64,000 nucleotides of DNA from an uncultured cyanobacterium (GCA_963793265.1 CAWBZI010000001.1:1836121-1900120), one strand, 5' to 3'; shown: positions 31,248 to 41,417, numbered from the stretch's first letter. A program made the numbers and translations. Notes: generated by a model not told the origin, from the letters alone.

Positions 31248-32033
31248 ATGGGCTTATTCAATCGCGTAAAAATTAGAACACCTGAAAGCGTTGAGCTAGA
31301 GTTTTCTTTAGCAGGCATTGGCAGCCGCGCGGTTGCTCTGTTCATTGACTACACCGTTCTAGGGCTTGGCCTATTAATCCTATTTTGGCTCGGCATATTC
31401 GTTATTACGCAGCTCAGCCAGTGGGAGCGCCTGCTATGGGTAGATACTGACACGATTCAGCTTTGGGCGCTGGCAATTTTGAGCGTGCTGATGTTTGCGC
31501 TCTATGTGGGCTACTTTGTTGGATTTGAAACGGCCTGGTATGGACAAACGCCGGGCAAGCGGTACGCGAAAATTAGAGTGATCCGTGATGATGCTCAGCC
31601 AGTACGATTGTTTCAGGCAACGTTGCGATCGCTCGTTCGCCCCGTAGATGACATTCTGTTCATCGGCTTCTTTTTTATCCTGTTAGGCAAAGACGAAAAG
31701 CGCATTGGCGACTGGCTGGCTGGCACGCTAGTGGTACAGATGGATTCACGGACAGCAACAGAAGGGATTGTGATAAGTGAGCGCGCCAAAGAGATCGGTA
31801 AGATTCTACTGGAAACGAGTGACGTTGCGCGAATTAGCCCTGATGACTTTGCCACTATTCGCGAATATCTTCAGCGTCGCGGTCTGCTGATTCCGACTGC
31901 CCGCAGAGACGTGAGTACTCAGCTCGCCCGCAGCCTAAAAGAGAAGCTGAATATGGACGCTTTACCGATGGAGATGACGCCCGAAACCTTTTTAGAAGCC
32001 GCATACTGGGGATATCAGCAGCAGAGAAAGTAA
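31248..32033 (+). CDS. RDD family protein
   Basis: TPESVEL...LAGIGSRAVALFID, GQTPGK, KRIGDWLAGTLVV. Confidence 0.88.
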   Translation: MGLFNRVKIRTPESVELEFSLAGIGSRAVALFIDYTVLGLGLLILFWLGIFVITQLSQWERLLWVDTDTIQLWALAILSVLMFALYVGYFVGFETAWYGQTPGKRYAKIRVIRDDAQPVRLFQATLRSLVRPVDDILFIGFFFILLGKDEKRIGDWLAGTLVVQMDSRTATEGIVISERAKEIGKILLETSDVARISPDDFATIREYLQRRGLLIPTARRDVSTQLARSLKEKLNMDALPMEMTPETFLEAAYWGYQQQRK

Positions 32034-32051
32034 CGCTATTTCAGACCTACC

Positions 32052-35000
32052 ATGCTAAAGCTGCCGGGCTATCAAATTCAAAGCGTCCTCTACGAAAGCG
32101 CTCAGTCTTTGGTGTGCCGGGCGATCGCACTCCCCAACAGCAATCTTCCTAATAATAATTTGCTGCCCGGTGATAAAAAATCAGTCATTCTCAAACAGCT
32201 CAAGCAGAACTATCCCTCTGTTGCAGCGCTCACTCGCTTTCGTCAAGAATACGACATTCTTCAGCATCTAGCCTCTCTTAAAGCAGCCCGTAACCCTTCA
32301 GAATATGTCGTTTGTGCTTACGATTTGCGTACCTATGAAAAAACGCTAGTCATGGTATTAGAAGACTTTGGCGGCGCATCACTACAAGATCTTTTTCTAC
32401 CCTCTGCCAGTCAACCAAAGCCTCAGCCGAAGATAGCGATCACTGACTTTCTCGTACTCGCTATTCAAATTACGCAGGCGATCGCACAAACACACAATCG
32501 CGGCGTCATTCACAAAGCAATCAGCCCTACTAACATTGTTCTTAATCCTCAAACCCATCAGCTCAAGCTCGTTGACTTTGGCATTGCTACCCGACTTGCC
32601 CAAACCAGCCCAGGGCTAGAAATTCCCAACACGATAGAAGATAGTTTAGCTTACGTTTCGCCTGAGCAAACGGGCCGTATGAACCGGCTGCTGGACTATC
32701 GCACTGACTTTTATTCTCTGGGCGTCACGCTGTACGAGCTGTTAACGCAATCAGTACCGTTTTGGGCCGAAGATTCCTTAGAACTGGTGCACCAGCATTT
32801 AGCCCAAAAGCCGCCCCATCCACAATGCAAACGCGATGACATTCCGCCTGTATTAGCTGAGATTATATTGAAGCTGTTGAGCAAAAATGCCGAAGACCGC
32901 TATCAGAGCGCTCAGGGTATTCAAGCCGATTTAGAACAATGTCTTCACGCGGTAGAGACGAAGCGTACGGTTCAACACTTTCCGCTGGCTGCTCAAGACC
33001 ATCCTACTCAGCTTCAGATTCCTCAAAAGCTATATGGTCGGGAGATGGCGATCTCTACGCTGCTGAATGCCTTTGAGCGCGTAGCAACTGAACACAAGAG
33101 TGAGCTAATGCTGGTGACAGGTCATGCAGGCATCGGCAAGTCGATGCTGGTGCGAGAGATTTATAAGCCGATTACTCAAAAGAAAGGCTATTTTATTTCG
33201 GGCAAGTTTAATCAGCTACAGCGCAATATTCCGTATGCGGCGGTAGTGGATGCTTTTACGGGGCTGGTGCGATCGCTGCTCACCGAAAGCCAAACGCGAT
33301 TGCAGCTCTGGAAACAGCGACTTTGTGAGGCTATGGGCAGCAGCGGTCAGGTGATGGTGGATGTCATTCCTGATTTGGCCTTGATCATTGGGCCGCAGCC
33401 GCCTGTGCCGCAGCTCGGGCCACAAGAAGCAAGCAACCGCTTTAACCTTGTGTTTCAACGATTCATTCAGGTGTTTGGTCAGGAGCATCCGCTGGTTATT
33501 TTCTTGGATGATTTGCAGTGGGCAGATGCCGCGAGTTTACAGATTATTCAGCTCATGCTGACAGGTGTAGGGGGGCAGGGTGACTCGTCAACAGCATTAA
33601 GGCGATCGCATCTGGTGATTGGAGCTTATCGAGATGACGAAATGAGCGTGACTCATCCGCTGACGATGACGATAAAAGCGCTGCAAGAGAAAGGGGTTGA
33701 ACAGCAGGCGATCGCGCTACAGCCACTATCACTAGCTGATATTCAACAGCTCCTTAGCGACACGTTGAGAACCAGCAGGCGAAACGTGCACACGCTCGCT
33801 AGTCTCATTCGCGCAAAAACAGGCGGCAATCCTTTCTTTGTCAATGAATTTTTGAAGGCGCTAGCGGCTGAAAACCTAGTTTATTTTGACTTTGAAACCA
33901 GCCGCTGGCGATGGACAATTCAACAGATCAAAGCCTGCGACATCACCGATAACGTTGTCACGCTGATGGTGAGCAAGCTCGAAAAGCTGCCGCCTGAGAC
34001 TCAAAACATACTTTGTTTGGCCGCCTGCATCGGGGCGACTTTTGATTTGAAGACGCTAGCAGCAGTTGAGCAGAAACCAGAGTCTCAGATTTCAAAAACC
34101 ATTGCAGCAGCAGTTGAGGCGGGCTTACTGCTGGCAACTTCGCCACCTGAAGAGACGCTACTGATCCAGAACTATCGCTTTTTGCACGATCGCGTTCAGC
34201 AGGCTGCTTATAGCCTCATGAGCAAGCAGCAAAAGCAAGAGCAGCACTTCAAAATCGGACAGCTTCTACTTCAAACTGTCCGCTCGCCCTCGGCTTCTGA
34301 CAAACAGCACTGGCAGGCAAATCTCTTCGACATTGTTGATCATCTTAATATTGGTAAGGCTCAGTCTGCCGAGGCTCGTTTTCTACTCGACCTGGCACAG
34401 CTAAACCTGGAGGCTGCTAAAAAGTCAAAAAACGCTACGGCCTATGCGGCTGCTCGTGACTATCTTTGTACCGGGCTTAGCTGCTTGCCTCCGCAGGCTT
34501 GGACAGACTTTTATGCATTGACGCGATCGCTCCATCAAGAGCGGGCAGAGATAGAGTATTTGCTGGGTAACTTTGAGCAGTCTCAACAGCTTTTAGACAA
34601 AATTTTAGCAAACGCCAATACCCTACTAGACAGGGCTGAAGCCTATAGCTTGCTGGTGCTACAGTTTACGCTGAGAACAGACTATGCCAAAGCTGTGGAC
34701 TACGGTCGCCAAGCGCTTCAGCTATTTGAGATTGATTTTCCTCAAGCTGACTATGCAGCCGCTTTTGACCGAGACTATCAGCAGCTTGAGATCGCGCTAG
34801 GCGATCGCCCCCTCTCCTCCTTACTCAACCTGCCGCACATCAAAAAGCGTGAGCAGCAGCTTGCCATCAAAATTCTCTCTAATATGGGATCTGCTGCCTA
34901 CCGCTACGACCAAACGGTTTGGCAGGTTGTTGTCGTCATCTCAATTCGGCTCTTTTTAGCCTGGGGCAACGTGCCCGAATCTTGCTACGGCTATTCTAAT

Positions 35001-37640
35001 TTTGGCACGCTACTGGGCTCTGTGCTTAAAAACTATCCGGCTAGCTACGAGTCGTGCTTAGTCTCACTTAAGCTAAGCGAAAAGTATGGCGATGCAACTC
35101 AAAAATCCAGAGCCTGCTTTATATTAAGCAACTTCGTTCACTCGTGGGTTAAGCACGTTAGAGAGGCCGACGTCATCAATCAAACTGGCGCTAAGCTCGG
35201 TCTAGAGTCAGGCGAATTGCAATACGTTGGCTACACTATCAGCTATCGCATCTCCAATCTGTTCTTTCAAGGGAAGTCTCTCGATACGCTATCTGTTGAT
35301 CTTCAAGAAGCGCTATCTTTCTGCCAGCAGGTCAAAAATCAATGGGCCGTAGATGCGCTACTTGCCTATCAGCTTGCCATTCATGCTTTATCTCATATCT
35401 CACAGCATTCTCTATTAGAGAGTACAAACGATGCTGACTATATCAATAGCTGCATCGCGAACAAAAGCTATAGCGGCCTGTGTCGATACTATATTCTCAA
35501 AGCTATTGTGCACTATCTCGGCGGTCACTATGGCGTGGCACTAGCCTGTGTGCGTCAGGCGCAAGCGCTGCAAAGTTACATTTTAGGTGTGGTGTCTAGC
35601 GCTGAGCTAAACCTGTATACCTCGCTTATTTTAGTGCAGCTTTGGGCCACTGCTTCGCCTCAGCAGCAGGCCGAATATCTTGATGAGATCAACGCTTTGC
35701 AGGAACAGCTAAAACTTTGGGCCGATAGCTGTTCTGAAAACTTTTTGCATAAGTTTTGGCTGGTAGAGGCGGAGGTTGCGCGCATTAACTGTCAGATGTG
35801 GCAGGCGCAGGAAGGGTATGACCGGGCGATCGCAGCCGCAGCCGATCAAGGATTTATACAAGAAGAAGCCTTAGCGAATGAGCTAGCGGCTCAGTTTTGG
35901 CTGCAGTGTGGTAAGCCTGAATTTGCTCAAAGCTATTTTCAAAAGGCGCACTATGGCTATCAGCTCTGGGGCGCGATGGCTAAGGTTCATCAGCTAGAGC
36001 AGCAGCAGCCTACTTTGTTGAAAAACGCATTGCAGACGGATAGATCTAGCTCAGCCGGTAATTTAGACGTGCTGTCACTGATGAAAGGGAGTCAGGCGAT
36101 CGCGCGTGAAATTGTGCTCGATAAGCTACTGGCACAGCTCATGACATTGGTGATGGAGAATGCCGGAGCCCAGCTCGGCCATCTTATGATTGAAGAAGAC
36201 GGGCAGTTTCATATTGAAGCGACAGGCGTTGTCAACGCGCCGCCTCGAATTTTAGAGCGGCTGCCGATTGCAGGCACCGTGCCGATGAGTCTGTTTAACT
36301 ATGTGACCCGCACTCGCAAAAGTGTCGTTTTAAGCAGCGCGGTAGATCGAGGCGAATTTACTCAGGACGGCTATATTCAACAACATCGCACCAAATCAGT
36401 GTTGTGTACGCCGCTCATCTATCAGAACAAACTGACCGCCTTACTTTATTTAGAGAACAACTTAGCAGAGGGTGCTTTTACCGATAATCATCTACAGATG
36501 ATCACGCTGCTCTCGGGTCAGGCAGCGATTTCGCTGGAAAACTCAAGGCTATATGCCACTTTAGAACAAAAGGTAAGCGAACGAACGCTGGCGCTTCAGG
36601 CGGCAAAAGAAGACGCAGAACTTGCCAGCCAGGCCAAAGGTAAGTTTCTGGCTAATATGAGCCACGAACTCAAAACGCCGCTAAACTCAATTCTAGGTTT
36701 TAGCCAGCTTATTTCTCGCGACAGGCAGCTTCGACACGTTCACGTAGAACGACTGAACCTGATTCGTCATAGTGGCGAGCACCTGCTGGGCCTGATCAAC
36801 GACATCTTAGATCTTTCCAAGCTAGAGGCCAGAAAGCAGGTGCTTCATGAGGATTCTTTTGAGCTTCAGCAGCTTGTGACGACGATGCGATCGCTATTCA
36901 AGCTCCGAATTGAGCAAAAAGGGCTGCGCTATTTAGTACAGGTTTCACCCGGCCTGCCCGTGTCAATTGTGAGCGATGAGAAAAAAATCCGTCAAGTATT
37001 AATCAACTTAATGAGCAACGCACTCAAATTTACGCAGCAAGGCCACATTTGCTTGCGTATCCTTCACCGATGCCAAACCTCCGATCAGATAGAACAGAAC
37101 TATATTGAGTTTGAAGTAGAAGATACAGGTGCCGGTATCGCCCCAGCAGAACGCTCTAAACTGTTCGTGCCTTTTGAGCAGACCAATAGCGGCTTAAGCG
37201 CAAATACAGGCACCGGATTAGGACTCGCAATTAGCCAGCAGCTAGCCGAGCTATTAGGCGGTCGAATCTCAGTCACCAGTGAGCTAAACAAAGGATCTGT
37301 CTTTACGTTCAGCCTGCCTGTAAGCGAGCCTGCTCAGATCTTTCTAGCGACTGAAGACCCCTCAGCGGCTCACACCTATCCACCGCTTTCGGACTCTCAA
37401 ACATCTCAGGCTTATCAGTCCCAAGCGAATATGCCTTTAAGCGAATCCCTTCAGGCTATGTCATACAACTGGCTTAATGAGCTTCAGCAGGCAGCTAGTC
37501 AGCTCAAAGGAAAGCGCGTGCTTCAGCTTATCAATCAGCTTCCACCGGAGCACGAAGATACTGCGCAGTCGCTAAGAGCATTAGCCGATAGCTATCAGTT
37601 CACTGAGATTGTAGAAGCTTTGAAAGCTTTCAGTTTCTAG
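32052..37640 (+). CDS. Hybrid Ser/Thr kinase-like / AAA ATPase / GAF / histidine kinase (HstK-type)
   Basis: Kinase fold with DFG and SPEQTGR, Walker A GHAGIGKS, FLDDLQWAD, GAF, FLANMSHELKTP and HATPase G-boxes. Confidence 0.9.
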   Translation: MLKLPGYQIQSVLYESAQSLVCRAIALPNSNLPNNNLLPGDKKSVILKQLKQNYPSVAALTRFRQEYDILQHLASLKAARNPSEYVVCAYDLRTYEKTLVMVLEDFGGASLQDLFLPSASQPKPQPKIAITDFLVLAIQITQAIAQTHNRGVIHKAISPTNIVLNPQTHQLKLVDFGIATRLAQTSPGLEIPNTIEDSLAYVSPEQTGRMNRLLDYRTDFYSLGVTLYELLTQSVPFWAEDSLELVHQHLAQKPPHPQCKRDDIPPVLAEIILKLLSKNAEDRYQSAQGIQADLEQCLHAVETKRTVQHFPLAAQDHPTQLQIPQKLYGREMAISTLLNAFERVATEHKSELMLVTGHAGIGKSMLVREIYKPITQKKGYFISGKFNQLQRNIPYAAVVDAFTGLVRSLLTESQTRLQLWKQRLCEAMGSSGQVMVDVIPDLALIIGPQPPVPQLGPQEASNRFNLVFQRFIQVFGQEHPLVIFLDDLQWADAASLQIIQLMLTGVGGQGDSSTALRRSHLVIGAYRDDEMSVTHPLTMTIKALQEKGVEQQAIALQPLSLADIQQLLSDTLRTSRRNVHTLASLIRAKTGGNPFFVNEFLKALAAENLVYFDFETSRWRWTIQQIKACDITDNVVTLMVSKLEKLPPETQNILCLAACIGATFDLKTLAAVEQKPESQISKTIAAAVEAGLLLATSPPEETLLIQNYRFLHDRVQQAAYSLMSKQQKQEQHFKIGQLLLQTVRSPSASDKQHWQANLFDIVDHLNIGKAQSAEARFLLDLAQLNLEAAKKSKNATAYAAARDYLCTGLSCLPPQAWTDFYALTRSLHQERAEIEYLLGNFEQSQQLLDKILANANTLLDRAEAYSLLVLQFTLRTDYAKAVDYGRQALQLFEIDFPQADYAAAFDRDYQQLEIALGDRPLSSLLNLPHIKKREQQLAIKILSNMGSAAYRYDQTVWQVVVVISIRLFLAWGNVPESCYGYSNFGTLLGSVLKNYPASYESCLVSLKLSEKYGDATQKSRACFILSNFVHSWVKHVREADVINQTGAKLGLESGELQYVGYTISYRISNLFFQGKSLDTLSVDLQEALSFCQQVKNQWAVDALLAYQLAIHALSHISQHSLLESTNDADYINSCIANKSYSGLCRYYILKAIVHYLGGHYGVALACVRQAQALQSYILGVVSSAELNLYTSLILVQLWATASPQQQAEYLDEINALQEQLKLWADSCSENFLHKFWLVEAEVARINCQMWQAQEGYDRAIAAAADQGFIQEEALANELAAQFWLQCGKPEFAQSYFQKAHYGYQLWGAMAKVHQLEQQQPTLLKNALQTDRSSSAGNLDVLSLMKGSQAIAREIVLDKLLAQLMTLVMENAGAQLGHLMIEEDGQFHIEATGVVNAPPRILERLPIAGTVPMSLFNYVTRTRKSVVLSSAVDRGEFTQDGYIQQHRTKSVLCTPLIYQNKLTALLYLENNLAEGAFTDNHLQMITLLSGQAAISLENSRLYATLEQKVSERTLALQAAKEDAELASQAKGKFLANMSHELKTPLNSILGFSQLISRDRQLRHVHVERLNLIRHSGEHLLGLINDILDLSKLEARKQVLHEDSFELQQLVTTMRSLFKLRIEQKGLRYLVQVSPGLPVSIVSDEKKIRQVLINLMSNALKFTQQGHICLRILHRCQTSDQIEQNYIEFEVEDTGAGIAPAERSKLFVPFEQTNSGLSANTGTGLGLAISQQLAELLGGRISVTSELNKGSVFTFSLPVSEPAQIFLATEDPSAAHTYPPLSDSQTSQAYQSQANMPLSESLQAMSYNWLNELQQAASQLKGKRVLQLINQLPPEHEDTAQSLRALADSYQFTEIVEALKAFSF

Positions 37641-38864
37641 GGCGGGCATAGCAGTTTTTGTTTTGATATTGAGGGCGATCGCAAGCTGACAATCATCTCT
37701 CATTCTCGCGATCTTCTTCAATACCTGCTCTGAAATCTGTTCTACATCGGCCCGGCTTTGCCCCGGTAGAACAACTGCAAAGGTAAGCGTGCTGTATCTG
37801 CCGACCAGATCAGCCGGGCCATGAATAGCTTGGGCAATCAGGGCTGCGATCTGGCAGAGTGTGCGATCGCCCTTCGCCACATCACCGCCCTCCCCATACA
37901 ACCCAAAATTCTCTACCTGACAAAGCATCACGCTCAGCGCGGTCTGAGTTTCACTTGCATGTTGCCAGCACACCCGTAAATAATCATCCACCCGCCGCCG
38001 ATTAGCCACCTGAGTCAGCTCATCAATTGCGGCCAATCGTCGTAGCTCTTGATTAGCCTGCCTGAGCTGAGCATTTTGAGCCATCAGCGCCTGCTGTAAC
38101 TGCTGAATCTTGAGCTGATTTTCAATCCGCGCTAGCACCTCAACCACCTTGAAAGGCTTGGTGATATAGTCGCTGCCACCCACCGAGAAAGCCTTTACTT
38201 TATCCCAAGCTTCATCCAAAGCACTCACAAAAATAACCGGGATATTTTGGCTAGCCGGGTCGGCCTTAAGTTGCTGACACACGCTATAGCCATCCATTTC
38301 CGGCATGTAAATATCTAACAAAATCAAATCAGGCTTATTGGCGCTCACCGCCCGTAGCGCTACGACCCCACTGATAGCCTGCTGCACCTCATAGCCCTGT
38401 TCTTCGAGCAAATCTGATAGCAGCCGCAGGTTCTTAGGCTGATCGTCTACGAGCAAAATGGTGGTCGTTGCTAAAGGGTGAGTTTCTGGCAATAGTGGAA
38501 TGGTTTGAGAGGGCGTTGCCTGAAGGGGCAGCACAACAGGTTCAGTGGCTACAGTAGCGAGTCTTTGTGTGTTCTGTTCAGAGATATGACGCTCTGAAAT
38601 ATGGTGCTCTAAAGTATTGCGAACGTTAGCTTTAGAAACTTTTTGGCCTAGTACTTGCGTTAGTAGATGCCAGAGCTTAGGCGCTACATCTTGCTTAATG
38701 TATGTCGCTGAATAGCCGCTCTCTTCCGCAATTTGATCGTAAGTTTTGCGCGTTTCTTGCAGAGTTGCTATCAAAATATGGCGCTGCAGCTGACTAAAAT
38801 AAGCACCTGTTGCCTGATAAACAAGCGTCTCGACAAGCTCTAAAGTCGCGTCCGCATCACTCAT
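37581..38864 (-). CDS. Response regulator with N-terminal HTH and degenerate GGDEF domain
   Basis: N-terminal TYDQIAEESGYSATYIKQDVAPKLW, REC (LLVDD, DLILLD, KPF), DELTQVANRR; signature reads YSTLTF. Confidence 0.82.
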   Translation of the reverse strand: MSDADATLELVETLVYQATGAYFSQLQRHILIATLQETRKTYDQIAEESGYSATYIKQDVAPKLWHLLTQVLGQKVSKANVRNTLEHHISERHISEQNTQRLATVATEPVVLPLQATPSQTIPLLPETHPLATTTILLVDDQPKNLRLLSDLLEEQGYEVQQAISGVVALRAVSANKPDLILLDIYMPEMDGYSVCQQLKADPASQNIPVIFVSALDEAWDKVKAFSVGGSDYITKPFKVVEVLARIENQLKIQQLQQALMAQNAQLRQANQELRRLAAIDELTQVANRRRVDDYLRVCWQHASETQTALSVMLCQVENFGLYGEGGDVAKGDRTLCQIAALIAQAIHGPADLVGRYSTLTFAVVLPGQSRADVEQISEQVLKKIARMRDDCQLAIALNIKTKTAMPALETESFQSFYNLSELIAIG

Positions 38865-39176
38865 GCACGGTTAGTTTCTCCTTTGTGCCGGGATGTCTCT
38901 TAAAGCACATTTACACTGCCACTGACAAGCCACCATAGTAGACAGCCTGTCAACAAGAGCTTACCAAAATATTTACGGCTATATGACGCTAGTCACAAAT
39001 ATTAGAGATTTCAGCAACGAGAGTCGCTTTGCAGAACTTACTGAGTATCCAATCGAACAATTAAGCCAATTGAGCGATTAATCAGGCTAACAGAAACCGT
39101 CTTTTGATAGAACAAAAAATAGTACAGGCGTTTTATAACGGAGAAGACTATGTACTAAACCTAAGCGCACTTTACT

Positions 39177-39560
39177 ATGGCGATCGCAGACCTCCGCACA
39201 AGCAATATGATGGCGCACATCTTAGACGCGCTCGATGATGGCAAAGATATTGGTCACTATGGCCGACTCGTCTTTACAATGATCACTCAGTACTTTGCTG
39301 ACGAAGATGAGATTGTCACTCACCTGCAAAAGGACAAAGACTTTAGTGAAGAAGAGGCGCGATCGCTCTATCAGCAGGTCACCAGCAAAGGCTACAGCCC
39401 CCCTAATCGCGACACCATTCTCGAATATCAAAGCGAGCAAGACTTCGATATTTGCCCCAACCCAGACGATCCAGACGCCTGCAATATCTATCAGGAACTC
39501 ACCTTTCCTGATGACGTATACGAAAGCATCTCTGACTACAACAAAGAGAAAGCAGACTAG
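39177..39560 (+). CDS. Conserved hypothetical protein, primase large-subunit C-terminal-like
   Basis: Clean 127-aa ORF; GHYGRLVF...DF.E.....Y.PP...CP pattern. Confidence 0.7.
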   Translation: MAIADLRTSNMMAHILDALDDGKDIGHYGRLVFTMITQYFADEDEIVTHLQKDKDFSEEEARSLYQQVTSKGYSPPNRDTILEYQSEQDFDICPNPDDPDACNIYQELTFPDDVYESISDYNKEKAD

Positions 39561-39582
39561 CTAAAGGTCTTGTCGTGAGCGT

Positions 39583-40254
39583 TTATCCTGACGTTTTAGC
39601 CAGCTTACGCTGATGCTGCTTTACCTGAATTTGGAGCCACCTTTGCCACTGCTCAAAATCGTGATCGCTCGGCTTAGTCATCTGCCAAGCCGAGCGATCG
39701 CTCACCCGATCGTTCCACGCTTTAAGCATCGGATATTCCTGTAGAGAAACACCTAGTCTGTTGAACAGCGGTACGGTAGATCCGGCTACAACATCAGCTA
39801 AGTTGATCACAGCGCCGCCAAAGTAATCTTTCTCACCTATCTGCTGCTCTAAAAACTGAAGACAAGTTTCTATATGGCTTGCCTTTTCCGCTGATATCGG
39901 CTGCTCCTCACTCGCTACAGCAACGCTCACCAGCTTAGGCAGCAGCTCATTGGTCACCACCATCTGAACCATCCGCATCTCAGCATACGCGGCTGGTTCT
40001 ATTGGCGATAAAGGCACCTCTAAAAACTGACGATCAAGATAGTCAAGTATGGCTAGCGACTCGATCAAATGAACCTTACCATCAACCATTGCGGGTACGT
40101 GATGAAAAGGGTTAAGGCGTAAAAAATCGGGCTCCAAGTGCTTACCCCGCCGTAAGTCGATTAAAACGGGTTCAAAAGAAATTTCTTTCTCTAGCAGCGC
40201 TATCCACACGCGGCGAGCAATTGGAGACAGCGGATGGTAGTAAAACTTCAGCAT
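39583..40254 (-). CDS. Glutathione S-transferase family protein
   Basis: SP.ARRV..AL.EK, LNPFHHVP, ESLAI..YL, LAD motifs. Confidence 0.9.
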   Translation of the reverse strand: MLKFYYHPLSPIARRVWIALLEKEISFEPVLIDLRRGKHLEPDFLRLNPFHHVPAMVDGKVHLIESLAILDYLDRQFLEVPLSPIEPAAYAEMRMVQMVVTNELLPKLVSVAVASEEQPISAEKASHIETCLQFLEQQIGEKDYFGGAVINLADVVAGSTVPLFNRLGVSLQEYPMLKAWNDRVSDRSAWQMTKPSDHDFEQWQRWLQIQVKQHQRKLAKTSG

Positions 40255-40361
40255 AGGCAACACCTTTTAAGCTTTCATAGCGTATCAGACTCCCTACTCT
40301 CCTATGGTAATAGCGTGCCGAATACTGATAAAGGTAGGTTTCTATGGCGAGTATTCACGGC

Positions 40362-41417
40362 TCAGCTCTGAAGCGATCGCACCCTTTCCACCGGCCAATA
40401 AATCTTATACGCCTCTCCAATCAAATTCGCCTTAGGCAAAAAGCCCCAAACGTGAGAGTCCGCGCTTGCATTACGATTATCACCCAGCACAAAATACGCC
40501 TCAGGCGGCACCACTTCCGGCCCCCACTCATACCCTGTGAGCACATCAATATAGCTTTCTTGCAGCGGCGCATTGTTCACCCACAGCCTGCCTTCATGCA
40601 CCTGTACGCGATCGCCCGGCAACCCCACAACTCTTTTTACAAACAAAGCCTCCGGCTCAGCTTCAACTATCTCAATCGCTTTCGGTGGCGCTTTAAACAC
40701 AACAATGTCTTTTCTCTGCGGCTGATACAGCTCATCTCTATCCACAAAAATCCGGTCATTTACCTGTAGCGTTGGCACCATAGACTCACTCGGCACCACA
40801 CACTGCAATACCGCCTTATCTATCCACATCGGCAGGCTACCAATCGCCAGCCTCAGCAGCAGTCCGCCCACAACAACGACCATAAGGAGCTGACTCGACC
40901 GGCTCTGTTCTTTCCCCGGCGTCAGCGGTGCACTTCTATAAGCGTGATAGCTCGCGATAGACCATACCGTACAGGCCATAGGGAGCAAAACGGGCTGATG
41001 GTTTGCTAATAGAGAAAGGCCAACGCCGACTGCTAAAAAGACCGCGCCTGCGATCGCCTTATTCAAATACAAATGCCCCAGGCCAGGCAAAATCTGCGAC
41101 AAAAAAACGCTATACCAAACGTCTCTACCGCGCTTTTTATCACCCATCGGATGTAGCGGACGCCCTGCGGTTGCAAACGCATCCCACACGTTCAAAAGGT
41201 AAACAAAGGCTGCTATTCCCAGCAGCCGAAAAGCGCTTCCGGTACTCCCTTCTGCCGCTAGCAGCGACCACATCGCATTGCCAATTAGCGCGTAAAAGGC
41301 ACCCATAATAATGAGCCCTTTGATCCACTGGTCTGCGTAGCACTGACCCATACCGGGTACTAACCCTGAGAGGTTTACAGCTAGCCAACAATCTCGCACC
41401 CGGCGCTGCACTCCCAT
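40362..41417 (-). CDS. Signal peptidase I with extended N-terminal membrane domain
   Basis: PSESMVPTL (catalytic Ser), FVKRVVGLPGD (catalytic Lys), GDNRNASADS; two LS...PGxG..Y membrane repeats at the N-terminus. Confidence 0.88.
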   Translation of the reverse strand: MGVQRRVRDCWLAVNLSGLVPGMGQCYADQWIKGLIIMGAFYALIGNAMWSLLAAEGSTGSAFRLLGIAAFVYLLNVWDAFATAGRPLHPMGDKKRGRDVWYSVFLSQILPGLGHLYLNKAIAGAVFLAVGVGLSLLANHQPVLLPMACTVWSIASYHAYRSAPLTPGKEQSRSSQLLMVVVVGGLLLRLAIGSLPMWIDKAVLQCVVPSESMVPTLQVNDRIFVDRDELYQPQRKDIVVFKAPPKAIEIVEAEPEALFVKRVVGLPGDRVQVHEGRLWVNNAPLQESYIDVLTGYEWGPEVVPPEAYFVLGDNRNASADSHVWGFLPKANLIGEAYKIYWPVERVRSLQS

